DNA from: Gemmatimonadota bacterium
GTDB taxonomy: Bacteria; ARS69
Direction: 5' to 3'
Assembly (NCBI GenBank): GCA_030747075.1
Contig: JASLLL010000009.1
Location: 14,148 to 78,147, forward strand
Length of the DNA stretch: 64,000 bases
Shown here in pieces: positions 28,895 to 37,697 of the stretch. The translations under genes and the position numbers were made by a program. The notes under the pieces are model-generated. The model saw nothing but the letters and a program-made list of their open reading frames with translations. It did not search any database and was not told the origin of the DNA. Each line of letters starts with the position of its first letter. The first letter of the stretch is position 1.

Positions 28895-29466
28895 TCCATC
28901 GCGCGGAAGTCCCGTGGGAGGTTCTCGATGGCCTCTTCCAGCATCGGCCGTCTGCGAACGGAGTGGGCGGACTCATGCGGCGTGCGTCCGGCCAGGTCCT
29001 TGTGCGGAAGGTAGACCCACGCTTCCTTGAGAAATCGGCGGGCGAAGTGCGCCGCGTCCAGATATGCGTCGCCCTCATCCTCCAGCGGATGGAGCAGCGC
29101 GCCGGGGCGGCGCAGCGCTTCCGCCAGCGGGACGATCCGCGTGGCGTCGGCCACCGTCTTTCCGGAACCGAGCGACTCCACTCTTCTGCGAAGCACCTGC
29201 ATGCGGTCCTCCGACACCGTATCCAGCAGGATTCCGCGCGGCCAGAGGGTCACCAGCCCGAGAGGCGTTCGGGCGGGTTCCTCTTCGGCCGACCAGCGGA
29301 TCCACTCCGCACGCATTCCCCGTCCGATGCGCACAGCGCGAAAGAGCGGGCTGGCACAGAGCGCATCGGCCAGGCCCTCGCCGGGCGGGGTGGCGGCCCA
29401 CGCCTGATGGAAGCAGACGGGGGCGGCGGCCAGCGTCCGCGGATCCGCGTGGCTCCCCGCGGTCAT
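28765..29466 (-). CDS. Hypothetical protein, translationally coupled to the upstream M42 peptidase gene
   Basis: The ATG at 29466 overlaps the TGA of the peptidase gene (ATGA). Protein-like composition. The competing plus-strand ORF is Arg-rich and looks spurious. Confidence 0.45.
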   Translation of the reverse strand: MTAGSHADPRTLAAAPVCFHQAWAATPPGEGLADALCASPLFRAVRIGRGMRAEWIRWSAEEEPARTPLGLVTLWPRGILLDTVSEDRMQVLRRRVESLGSGKTVADATRIVPLAEALRRPGALLHPLEDEGDAYLDAAHFARRFLKEAWVYLPHKDLAGRTPHESAHSVRRRPMLEEAIENLPRDFRAMDCGLPRPDVEEIHRLLLTEPGESQGAGRTGADTRASTHPETRR

Positions 29467-30521
29467 GCCTTCGTTCCCGTGAGGCACCGGTGGGCCTCGG
29501 GGATCCACGCGGACAGCAGGTTGACGGACGCCCGAATGTCCTTCTCGTGGCACATCTCGATGTGGGAGTGGACATACCTTGTCGGGATGGAGATGCAACC
29601 CGCCGGGATTCCGTGCCCGGCCCGCTGAATGCCAGCGGTGTCCGTGCCGCCTTGCGAGAGGATCTCCATCTGATGCGCAATCTTCTTCTTCTCCGCGACA
29701 CCCCGCAGCGATCCCACGACGCCCGGATCGCAGATCACGCTGGAATCCATGATCTTGATGGCCGCGCCCTTTCCGAACCGGCAGATCCGGTCCTGCGCGG
29801 GCGCTCCCGGGACATCGTTCGCCAGAGTGATGTCGATGGCGAGTCCCAGATCGGGATTCAACTGCCTCGCCACCACCTGCGCTCCACGAAGTCCCACTTC
29901 CTCCTGAGTGGTTGCGACGGCAATCAGTTCCACGGAGTGGTTCCGCAGCTTCCGGATGGCCTCGATCATCACAAAAAGGCCCATCCGGTTGTCGAGTGAC
30001 TTCGAGGTGACCGCGTCTCCGATCCGGGCAAACTCCCGCTCACGGGTGATCATGTCGCCGACGGAAACCAGTTTCGTCACCTTCGATTTCGGAAGTCCCA
30101 GATCGATGAAGAAGTCCTTCAGCGCCGGCGGCTTCGCCCTTTCCTCGTCCGACATGATGTGGACCGGCTTCGATCCGATGAGACCGAGAAGATCCTTCTT
30201 GCCATGAACCAGGACGCGCTGCGCGGTGAGCGTCTTCGGGTCGAATCCGCCGAGTGTCGTGAACCGGAGGAAGCCGTCGTCGTCGATGTGCGTGACCATC
30301 AGCGAGATCTCATCCATGTGCGCGGCCAGCATGAGGCGCAGCGGATCCTTCGGGGCGCTCCGACCACGGGGGCTTCGGACCCCGATCAGGTTCCCCAGTC
30401 GATCCACTTTCGTGTGATCCACGAGAGGTTCCAGTTCGCGGGACACGACTTCGCGGATGCGCTCTTCGCGACCCGGTCCACCGGGCACGCGGCAGAGTTC
30501 GCTCAGCAGGTCGAGGTTCAT
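29463..30521 (-). CDS. M42 family metallopeptidase (glutamyl aminopeptidase / FrvX-like)
   Basis: M42 dinuclear-metal motifs (..LAAHMDEI.., ..DNRMG.., ..TQEEVGLRGA..). ATG at 30521 with GGAGG 5 nt upstream. Confidence 0.8.
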   Translation of the reverse strand: MNLDLLSELCRVPGGPGREERIREVVSRELEPLVDHTKVDRLGNLIGVRSPRGRSAPKDPLRLMLAAHMDEISLMVTHIDDDGFLRFTTLGGFDPKTLTAQRVLVHGKKDLLGLIGSKPVHIMSDEERAKPPALKDFFIDLGLPKSKVTKLVSVGDMITREREFARIGDAVTSKSLDNRMGLFVMIEAIRKLRNHSVELIAVATTQEEVGLRGAQVVARQLNPDLGLAIDITLANDVPGAPAQDRICRFGKGAAIKIMDSSVICDPGVVGSLRGVAEKKKIAHQMEILSQGGTDTAGIQRAGHGIPAGCISIPTRYVHSHIEMCHEKDIRASVNLLSAWIPEAHRCLTGTKA

Positions 30522-30700
30522 GATTCCTCCGAAGGAAATATCCGGGCCTCGGCGCGGGGGATTTCCCCTCCGGGGCCGTAGGGGAAAGATGGTAACTTCG
30601 GGACAGTGACGACCCAAGGGATTTCCACGGACGCCGCCGGGTTCTTCCGTCTCGGGCGGGGAGACTGGCGTGTGGATGCGTTGCGGGAAGGGAGCTTGAG

Positions 30701-33700
30701 ATGGCCGGTACCGATCCTCTGGAGATCCGGGCACTCTCTGATGTTCTCCACGCTTCCGGCGAAACCTATCTGAAAGACGGGGATTATACGCGCGCGGCGG
30801 AGTTCTTCCGCAAGAGCCTGGACATTCGTGAGCGGATCGGCGAACCGCGCCTGACCGCGGATACGCTTGCGGACCTCGGGCGCGTTCTCATGCTGCTCGG
30901 AGAGATGGAAGAGGCGGCGGAGCGCGTCCGGAGCGCGCTGAAGCATCGGGAGGACGCCGGGGACTCCGCCGGGGTGGCCGACTGTCACGATATCCTGGGG
31001 AACATCGCCCGGGGGCAGGGGCGACCCGACGAAGCGGAGTCGCACTACGGCCGGGCGCTTGCGTTCAAGCAGGAAGCCGGGGACGAGCGCGGGATGGCCA
31101 CGACCCTCGCGCTGTACGGGATTCTCCACAACGAACGCGGGGATTATCCGGCGGCTGAAGAGCGCTATCAGGCGGCGCTCGCCATCTTCGATCGTGTCGG
31201 GGATCGGGAACAGGTGGCGTCTCTCACCAACAACCTCGGCAATCTCTACCTGCGCAAGGGAGATCCTGGCGCCGCAGCCACGGAACTGGAGAAGGCGCGG
31301 GACCTGTTCGAGGAACTCGGCGACCCGCGCGGCGTCGGCAAGTGCCTGAACAACCTTGCGGCCATCTACCGCGCCTTGGGCAAGGACAGCCCGGCGGCGG
31401 ATTCCTACCGGAAGGCGCTGGGCCTTTTCGAGGAGATCGGCGACAAGCGCGGCGCTGCGATCTCGGCGAACAATCTCGCCGTGATCGAGCAGGACTTCGG
31501 GCGATATCGGGAGGCGTCCGAGTACCACGAGCGGAGTCTGGAACTGAAGCGGGAGATGGGGGATCGCACGGGTGAAGCCGTGTCGCTGGGGAATCTCGCG
31601 GACATTGCCTTCTTCCGTGGGGAGTGGGAGCGGGCGGACCGCCTGCACCGGCAGGCCCTGGCGATTCAGGAAGAGGTAGGCAATCGAACGGGGGAGGCCC
31701 GGCTCAGGAACCGTCGCGCCCGATTGCGACTGGTGCGCGGGGGGCGCGAGGCCGCCGCCCGGGAAGCGGCGACGGCGCGCCGACTGGGGCGCGAAGTTCA
31801 GTCGCGCGAGATCCAGGCGGAGGCGCTGCTCATCGAGGTCCGCCTTGCATCGGCAGCGGGCGACACCGGCGGGGCTCGCCGTCTTCTGGAGGAGGCCGAG
31901 GAACTCGGCCGGGCCATGCGCAGCCGGGAGACGGAGGCCGCCATCCGCGTGGCGCGCGGGGAGGTTCTGGCGTCGGAGGGAGAGGAAGAGGCGGCTTCCA
32001 CCATCTTCGACGAAGCCTCCCGGGCCTACAAACGGCTGCGGCGCTCCTTCGATCTGGCGGGGGTGGAGCTGGCGCGCGGCGTCTCGCTGGCGCGGTTCGG
32101 GCGGGGGGATCGGTGCATCGAACCGTTCGCCCGGGCCGAGGAGATCCTGGACGGCATGGGTTCCTCGGCGCACATGCTCGCGCCGTTGAGGCAGGCGCTG
32201 GAGATTCTCGCGAAGGAGCACCCCGGCGAGGGGGTGGAACTGGCGGAGATGGGGACCCGACTCGCCCATCGCCTGGGGGACTCGGATGCTGCCCGGGACT
32301 TTCAGGAGGCGCTCCAGACGCGTGAGAGTGGCGGCGGCGAGAACCCGGCGGAGCATCGGCTGGCGGTTCTCTCGGAGGTGACCCGACACCTTCAGGAGAC
32401 CCGGCAGGCCGAAGGCGTCGCGGGCTGGATTCTGGAGCGTGTGGTAGAGGAGGTCCGTGCGGATCGCGGCCTGCTGCTGTTGCAGGAACTGGCGGGCGAC
32501 GGGTTTCAGGCGGCGGCGGTCCTTCGGCTGGAGGATCCCGCGTTGACGGATGCGGTCCGCGCTGCGGAGAGGGCCGGGGAGTCGGGGGAGACGATCCGGG
32601 ACTTCCAGGGCGGAGGGAGCGCGGGGAGCAGATCGAGACTTGTCGTGCCCTTCGGGGTGCGGGGGGAGGAGGGCGTGGCGGGCGTCATGCATCTGGAGGC
32701 GTCGGTCGGTGCGCGCGGGTTCTCTCTGGCGGATGCGCGCTTTGTGAGCAGTTGTCTGGCCGCCTACGCGCTCTTTCTGCGGGGCGGATCCCCCCGGGAG
32801 TCCCGGGATCGCGTGGCGGTGGGGTCGGGAAACACCCCGGCGGCCTTCTCGACGATCGTGGGAGATTCGAAGCGCATCCGCGAAGTATTCCACGCGGCCA
32901 CGCGGGTCGCGGCCGGGAACGCCACCGTGCTCATTCTCGGAGAGAGCGGGACCGGGAAGGAGCTTCTGGCGCGGGGGATTCACGACTCCTCTCCGCGCAC
33001 GGCGGAGCCCTTTGTGGCGGTCAACTGCCCGTCGATCCCGCGGGACCTGCTGGAGAGCGAGCTTTTCGGGTACGAGAAGGGCGCATTCACCGGCGCCGAC
33101 TCCCCCAAGGCAGGCAGGCTGGAACTGGCCGACGGAGGGACGCTCTTCCTGGACGAGGTGGCGGACCTGTCGCCGCCCGCCCAGGCGAAAATCCTGCGCG
33201 TGCTTCAGGAGCGCACCTTTGAGCGACTCGGCGGGCTGGAGACGAAGGCGGTGGATGTTCGCATCCTCGCGGCCACCTCCACCGACCTGGCCGAAGCTGT
33301 CCGAGATCGGCGCTTCCGGGAAGATCTCTACTACCGGATCAATGTGGTTCCGCTCGTACTCCCCGCACTCCGCGATCGAAAGGAGGACATCCCCGCGCTG
33401 GTGGACCACTTCCTCGCGAAGTACGCGCGGCCCGAGCGGCCCGTCCGCTTCGTCACGCCGGAGGCACTCCGTCGACTGACCGTCTACCCGTGGCCCGGGA
33501 ACATTCGGGAGTTGGAGAACGCCATTCAGTACGCGGTGAGCCTCATGGACGGAGAGACCCTGGCACCGGGAGATCTCCCCCGGACCGTTCGGTCCCACGG
33601 CGGCGGCGATCTCCGGGGGATCGGGAGCCTCCGTTCGGAACTCGAACGCGTCGAGAAGGAGATCATTCTGGAGATTCTGGAAGAGACCGGATGGAACCGG

Positions 33701-33850
33701 AGCGAGGCCGCCCGCCGTCTGGGAACTCACGAGAGCAAGATCCGTCAACGCATCCGCAAGTATGGCCTGTCTTCCCCGAAGAAGAGCGAAGAATCCGCTC
33801 GCGGAACACGCTCAGACGACCAAGGATTCGTCGATTCTGACGAACACTGA
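30701..33850 (+). CDS. Sigma-54-dependent transcriptional activator with N-terminal TPR repeats and GAF-like sensor domain
   Basis: About 10 TPR-like repeats (..LGNLYLRKGD.., ..LNNLAAIYRALGK..) and a central GAF-like region. AAA+ sigma-54 interaction domain (VLILGESGTGKELLARGIH; ESELFGYEKGAFTGA; GAFTGA). C-terminal Fis-type HTH. Confidence 0.85.
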   Translation: MAGTDPLEIRALSDVLHASGETYLKDGDYTRAAEFFRKSLDIRERIGEPRLTADTLADLGRVLMLLGEMEEAAERVRSALKHREDAGDSAGVADCHDILGNIARGQGRPDEAESHYGRALAFKQEAGDERGMATTLALYGILHNERGDYPAAEERYQAALAIFDRVGDREQVASLTNNLGNLYLRKGDPGAAATELEKARDLFEELGDPRGVGKCLNNLAAIYRALGKDSPAADSYRKALGLFEEIGDKRGAAISANNLAVIEQDFGRYREASEYHERSLELKREMGDRTGEAVSLGNLADIAFFRGEWERADRLHRQALAIQEEVGNRTGEARLRNRRARLRLVRGGREAAAREAATARRLGREVQSREIQAEALLIEVRLASAAGDTGGARRLLEEAEELGRAMRSRETEAAIRVARGEVLASEGEEEAASTIFDEASRAYKRLRRSFDLAGVELARGVSLARFGRGDRCIEPFARAEEILDGMGSSAHMLAPLRQALEILAKEHPGEGVELAEMGTRLAHRLGDSDAARDFQEALQTRESGGGENPAEHRLAVLSEVTRHLQETRQAEGVAGWILERVVEEVRADRGLLLLQELAGDGFQAAAVLRLEDPALTDAVRAAERAGESGETIRDFQGGGSAGSRSRLVVPFGVRGEEGVAGVMHLEASVGARGFSLADARFVSSCLAAYALFLRGGSPRESRDRVAVGSGNTPAAFSTIVGDSKRIREVFHAATRVAAGNATVLILGESGTGKELLARGIHDSSPRTAEPFVAVNCPSIPRDLLESELFGYEKGAFTGADSPKAGRLELADGGTLFLDEVADLSPPAQAKILRVLQERTFERLGGLETKAVDVRILAATSTDLAEAVRDRRFREDLYYRINVVPLVLPALRDRKEDIPALVDHFLAKYARPERPVRFVTPEALRRLTVYPWPGNIRELENAIQYAVSLMDGETLAPGDLPRTVRSHGGGDLRGIGSLRSELERVEKEIILEILEETGWNRSEAARRLGTHESKIRQRIRKYGLSSPKKSEESARGTRSDDQGFVDSDEH

Positions 33851-33863
33851 TCCTGTGCGAAAT

Positions 33864-33989
33864 CAAGGACTTACGGCCCGATTTCGACAAACTCGCGGAT
33901 TTCGACGAACTCCGTCCGATCGGCGAGGTTTCCTGCGGGAATTGTCGCAGAATTGAGGCGCCGGAACAGACGCCGGGCCAAGGACTTAC
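33864..33989 (+). repeat. Intergenic direct repeats: 2x CAAGGACTTAC (33864-33874, 33979-33989) and tandem 2x GATTTCGAC[A/G]AACTC (33880-33894, 33898-33912)
   Basis: Read directly in the sequence. They lie between the activator gene and the sigma-54 promoter, roughly -160 to -40 from the -24 element. Confidence 0.5.
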
Positions 33990-34025
33990 AGAGACACTCG
34001 CGAAAATCGCCGAACCTGCGAAAGT

Positions 34026-34041
34026 TGGCATCCGGATTGCA
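34026..34041 (+). promoter_or_regulatory. Sigma-54 (RpoN) -24/-12 promoter TGGCAT-N5-TTGCA
   Basis: TGGCATCCGGATTGCA matches the TGGCAC-N5-TTGCW consensus with exact GG/GC spacing. It lies 55-70 nt upstream of the next ORF start and immediately downstream of a sigma-54 activator gene. Confidence 0.55.
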
Positions 34042-34096
34042 GTAGTCCCTCCCCGTACGCCGGGAACGAGTCCCGGCGGTGGAGAGGAAAGCCGAG

Positions 34097-34405
34097 ATGC
34101 AAACTCCAGGAAACACACCCCGAGAGCGAATCACACAGGCTCCGGAGAGCCGAGGAAATCATGGGCGGCACCCATTCCTCGCTACGCTCTCCGTTCTGGC
34201 CCTGGTGATCGCTCTGGGGATCCTGGGGGGTTCGAGCCGGGTCACTCCGGTCGCGGCGGAAGCGAATGCCCCGTCCCGAACTCTTCGCGGAGACACCTCC
34301 ATTCTCCACCGCCAGGACGCTGTTTCCGGCGGAGACCGGTATGAGCGACCCGCATGCCCCGTTCCGTCTCGCGTCGCGGGGAGCGTGCGGGTTCGTATTC
34401 CGTAA
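34097..34405 (+). CDS. Small hypothetical membrane protein (about 103 aa)
   Basis: ATG at 34097 with GGAGAGG upstream (alternative GTG at 34079). One predicted TM helix (FLATLSVLALVIALGILGG). It stops 1 codon before the next gene region. Small-ORF call, moderate support only. Confidence 0.35.
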   Translation: MQTPGNTPRERITQAPESRGNHGRHPFLATLSVLALVIALGILGGSSRVTPVAAEANAPSRTLRGDTSILHRQDAVSGGDRYERPACPVPSRVAGSVRVRIP

Positions 34406-34495
34406 GTGTTCGAGAGGAGAGCAATCCGCCTCTCAAATGCGGTAGAATGGTGGCAGTGTTACCCCCCTTCGATGCGGGACAGGAGGACTTTCGAA

Positions 34496-35506
34496 ATGCA
34501 ACTCAAAATGCGCTCACACTTTGCGTCGGCGACTCGGATCGCGTCGCTTCTTCTGCTTGCGGGTTCTCTTGCGCTCCCGGCAGAGGCCGCGGTGATGATC
34601 AATGAGTTCGAACGCGCGTCGGGTTCGGACTATGTGGAGCTCTACAACGACGGGACGGTCTCGGTGGATCTCTCCGGTTGGACACTGGAGAGCAAGCTGG
34701 GCGTGGTCATTCCTCTGTCCGGTGTCATTTCCGGAGGCGGATACACCACGCACAGCACATCCAATGTCGTGCTCGACGGGGGGGAGATCGAACTTTACGA
34801 CGGCAGTTACCTCAAGCGTGACGAAGTCGCTTTCGGATCCGCCGGGGGGGCGCCCGCCGTACCGCCGATCGGTTCATACTCCTGCGGTCGCGCCCCGAAC
34901 GGTACAGACACCGGGAACGACGCCGCCGACTGGAACCTGGCGACCAGCAACTCACTCGGTTTTGCAAATACGCACCCGGTCGCGAATCTGAACGGCTGGG
35001 TGGCCATGAACGAAGTGGGCTTCCAGAGGTTCCGCTCCTCCGCGGGGTGTGAACTCGGAGCGACCGTGGTGGAACTGTTCAACTCCACCGGAACCTATGT
35101 GGATCTCTACGGGTGGTGGGTGACCAACGGCCGCAAGGTGACCGTTCTCTTCGGGATGATTGCCCCGAACGGATTTGCCGTATTCAATGACCTTGCCACG
35201 GGGTTCTGCTTTGACGAGACCGAAGTGATCTATCTCTTCGGACCCACCGGTCGACGCTTCGATCAGTTCGGTACGAAAGGCGCCCGGCTCCCCGACGAGA
35301 GCTTTACCTTCCAGCGTGTTCCGGACGGCACGGGCGGACAGGGTCCCTTCGACGGGTTCGACTATGTATCGAGCGGCGGGTCGAGGGTGCTGTTCATGCT
35401 CCCGCAAACCTGGAACGACACGAACGATCAGGCCACGCCGATGGCGGCGGACGACCCCGCGATCGAGGCCGGAAGCTGGGGGAGGGTCAAGGCCCTCTAC
35501 CGCTAG
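34496..35506 (+). CDS. Secreted protein with two lamin-tail domains (LTD) and C-terminal 'WGxVKxLYR' tail
   Basis: ATG at 34496 with AGGAGG 9 nt upstream. Signal peptide ..IASLLLLAGSLALPAEAAV. LTD signatures (INEFE..YVELYNDG..VDLSGWTL and MNEVGF..VVELFN..VDLYGWWV). Ends ..GSWGRVKALYR-stop. Confidence 0.75.
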   Translation: MQLKMRSHFASATRIASLLLLAGSLALPAEAAVMINEFERASGSDYVELYNDGTVSVDLSGWTLESKLGVVIPLSGVISGGGYTTHSTSNVVLDGGEIELYDGSYLKRDEVAFGSAGGAPAVPPIGSYSCGRAPNGTDTGNDAADWNLATSNSLGFANTHPVANLNGWVAMNEVGFQRFRSSAGCELGATVVELFNSTGTYVDLYGWWVTNGRKVTVLFGMIAPNGFAVFNDLATGFCFDETEVIYLFGPTGRRFDQFGTKGARLPDESFTFQRVPDGTGGQGPFDGFDYVSSGGSRVLFMLPQTWNDTNDQATPMAADDPAIEAGSWGRVKALYR

Positions 35507-35532
35507 GTTGGTGCGGCTGCGGGCGGGCTTCT

Positions 35533-37539
35533 CTAAGGTGTGGCGGGTTCGTAGGTTGCGACGACGCCCGGGATTCTGTGGCGCAGCGCTTCTTCCAGCG
35601 ACTCCTGAATCACATCGCCGGCGAGGTCCGCAGCGAGATCCATCTCATTCAGGGCCAGCATGGTGGGCATGAGGTCGAGCAGGTCCGCGTTCTCGAAGTG
35701 GGTGCCCGGAGCGACGCGTCTTCCGCTGAGCACGAGCGCGCCCGTTTCCACCGTGCGGGAACTCTCCTGGAACTCCATGGAGCGAACGAGGTCATCCAGC
35801 GGACACCGGCCGCCCTGGAACAGGACGACATCTTCGCTTCCCGGCACGACATCCGGGTGGATCGTGACGACCATATTTCCCCACTCATCCAGACGCGTGA
35901 CGAACGGCTGAATGTCCGCACGCGCCAGTCGAGCCGTCTGGAAAAGGCGGCGCACGCCGTCCAGGTCCGGTTCGTGGCCATCCCTCATCCGCACATAAGT
36001 GCGCAGCCCGAGGTTGGTTGCTTCCACCGCGTTCTTGAGGCGCATCTCCCGCAAGAGCGGCTCCGGCCGGAGCGTCAGGTTCCGGTGGGAGTCCCCGGGG
36101 ACCGCTTCGGCGCCATGATCCGACACGACGACGACCAGCTCGTCCTCCGCCGCATCGGCGAGGATCTTGCCGATGAACGCATCCGCGAGGCGGTAGGCGT
36201 CGTGTACGCTGCCGCCGTAGCGCTCGATGTCCTCCCGGGAGACATCTCCGAAGGAGTCGGGTTCGTGGTACTTCCAGAAGTGCGACTGGGCCACATGGAT
36301 GATGTTCGTGTGATAGGCGGCGAAGTCCGGTTCAAACTTCCGGCGAAGCTCCACGAAGAAGTCCGAGTTCAGCTTCGCCCGGAGCTTTCGCTTCGTGAAG
36401 ATCTGCGCCGAGTTCAGCGTTCGCCCGTGGAGGGGGTCGGAGAGAATTTCACCCGCGGCTTCGGAGAGCGTACCGAGCCGCACCCCGTAGCGGATCCCGA
36501 GAAATGCGTACCGGCAGTACCTTCCCCAGGTGCGTCTTCGGCGGGTCTTCTCGTTCATGGCGAGTTCGCGGATGAAGCCCAGCCGGGGCGGCCAGGTGTC
36601 CGGGCCGGGGTCGGATACGGAGGGAACCACGAAGCCGTCCGTGGCGGTCGGCGGCCATGTGACAGGCCATCCGAAGATGCCCACCGACCATGCGCGTTCG
36701 GCGAAGATGTCCCAGATCCGCCGCGTCTGTACATCCTGAGTCGTGGATGCGGCCACGCCGAGGATCCCGTGCTCCCTGGCGGGCCTGCCGGTCGCGACGG
36801 AGGTCCAGACGGCGGAGGTGGTGTAGGGCTGAACGGAGTGGACATCTCCCCAGGCGCCTCCCCGGCGGAGCACTTCGAGGTTCGGCATCTCCCCTCGCTC
36901 GATCAGTTCCTCCGCGACGGTCCACGACATTCCCGGGAAGGCCAGTATCAGCGCCCGCGAACCCGGTGCCAGCCCACGGCCGGAGGGGGTTGCTCCCGCG
37001 AGAATCGCCACCACGGGCAGCGCCGCAAGAAGGGGCCAGACCCAGATTCTGCGGTGAGCGCAGACATAGCGCGCGGTGATGGAGGCTAGCCATCCGAGCC
37101 CCATGGCGATCAGGGGTCCGACGCCGTAACGCAGCATCTCCGACGAATGGAAAAGGCTGAGGAGCGGCGGAAGGAAGGGGAGCGTCGCGGCGAAGACTGC
37201 GATCCCGGCCACCGACGCCCAGAGGAGTTCATACGCGCGAGGGACATCTTCGCTGGAGCCGATTCCGGCGAGCCAGCGGAGGATCCGGCCGAGCACAAGC
37301 CCCAACACCCCCCCCCCGAGGACGGGGAGCACCAGGTAGAAGGTCACGCCCAGGCCCGCCCGGTCCACAAAGCGTGGATTCAGTGCGAACGCTACCGTCG
37401 CGACGATGGAGATCCAGAAGAGGGAAACGGCCACACCGGTCCGCGGCCCGGAGGAGAGAAGTCCTCGCGGGTCGGGAGGCGTGTGCCGTCTGGGGGTCGA
37501 TGGCCTCGTGGTCATACTTCCCGAATCGGATGGATCCAC
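35533..37539 (-). CDS. Membrane-anchored type I phosphodiesterase / nucleotide pyrophosphatase (AlkP superfamily) protein, paralog of 26573..28894
   Basis: N-terminal multi-TM region followed by the AlkP core (LILAFPGMSW..TTSAVWTSVATGRPAREHGI). Same architecture as the other paralog. Confidence 0.7.
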   Translation of the reverse strand: MDPSDSGSMTTRPSTPRRHTPPDPRGLLSSGPRTGVAVSLFWISIVATVAFALNPRFVDRAGLGVTFYLVLPVLGGGVLGLVLGRILRWLAGIGSSEDVPRAYELLWASVAGIAVFAATLPFLPPLLSLFHSSEMLRYGVGPLIAMGLGWLASITARYVCAHRRIWVWPLLAALPVVAILAGATPSGRGLAPGSRALILAFPGMSWTVAEELIERGEMPNLEVLRRGGAWGDVHSVQPYTTSAVWTSVATGRPAREHGILGVAASTTQDVQTRRIWDIFAERAWSVGIFGWPVTWPPTATDGFVVPSVSDPGPDTWPPRLGFIRELAMNEKTRRRRTWGRYCRYAFLGIRYGVRLGTLSEAAGEILSDPLHGRTLNSAQIFTKRKLRAKLNSDFFVELRRKFEPDFAAYHTNIIHVAQSHFWKYHEPDSFGDVSREDIERYGGSVHDAYRLADAFIGKILADAAEDELVVVVSDHGAEAVPGDSHRNLTLRPEPLLREMRLKNAVEATNLGLRTYVRMRDGHEPDLDGVRRLFQTARLARADIQPFVTRLDEWGNMVVTIHPDVVPGSEDVVLFQGGRCPLDDLVRSMEFQESSRTVETGALVLSGRRVAPGTHFENADLLDLMPTMLALNEMDLAADLAGDVIQESLEEALRHRIPGVVATYEPATP

Positions 37540-37697
37540 CTGAAAGTTCAGCGATAAGCGACGAAGAGCGGGGGAAGCCTCCGGGTTTCACTCTATTGGA
37601 TGTGCTCCGAGCGGGTCAAGGACCGCTCACAGCGAGGGGAGCGGACATGGGGAATCCTCCCGGATTCTTGCGGTTCCTGACACGCTCCCCGCGCTCT

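Noticed and set aside
28783-29628. Plus-strand 281-aa ORF competing with the minus-strand hypothetical 28765..29466
   Set aside because: Arg-rich composition. The minus-strand gene is translationally coupled to the peptidase gene.
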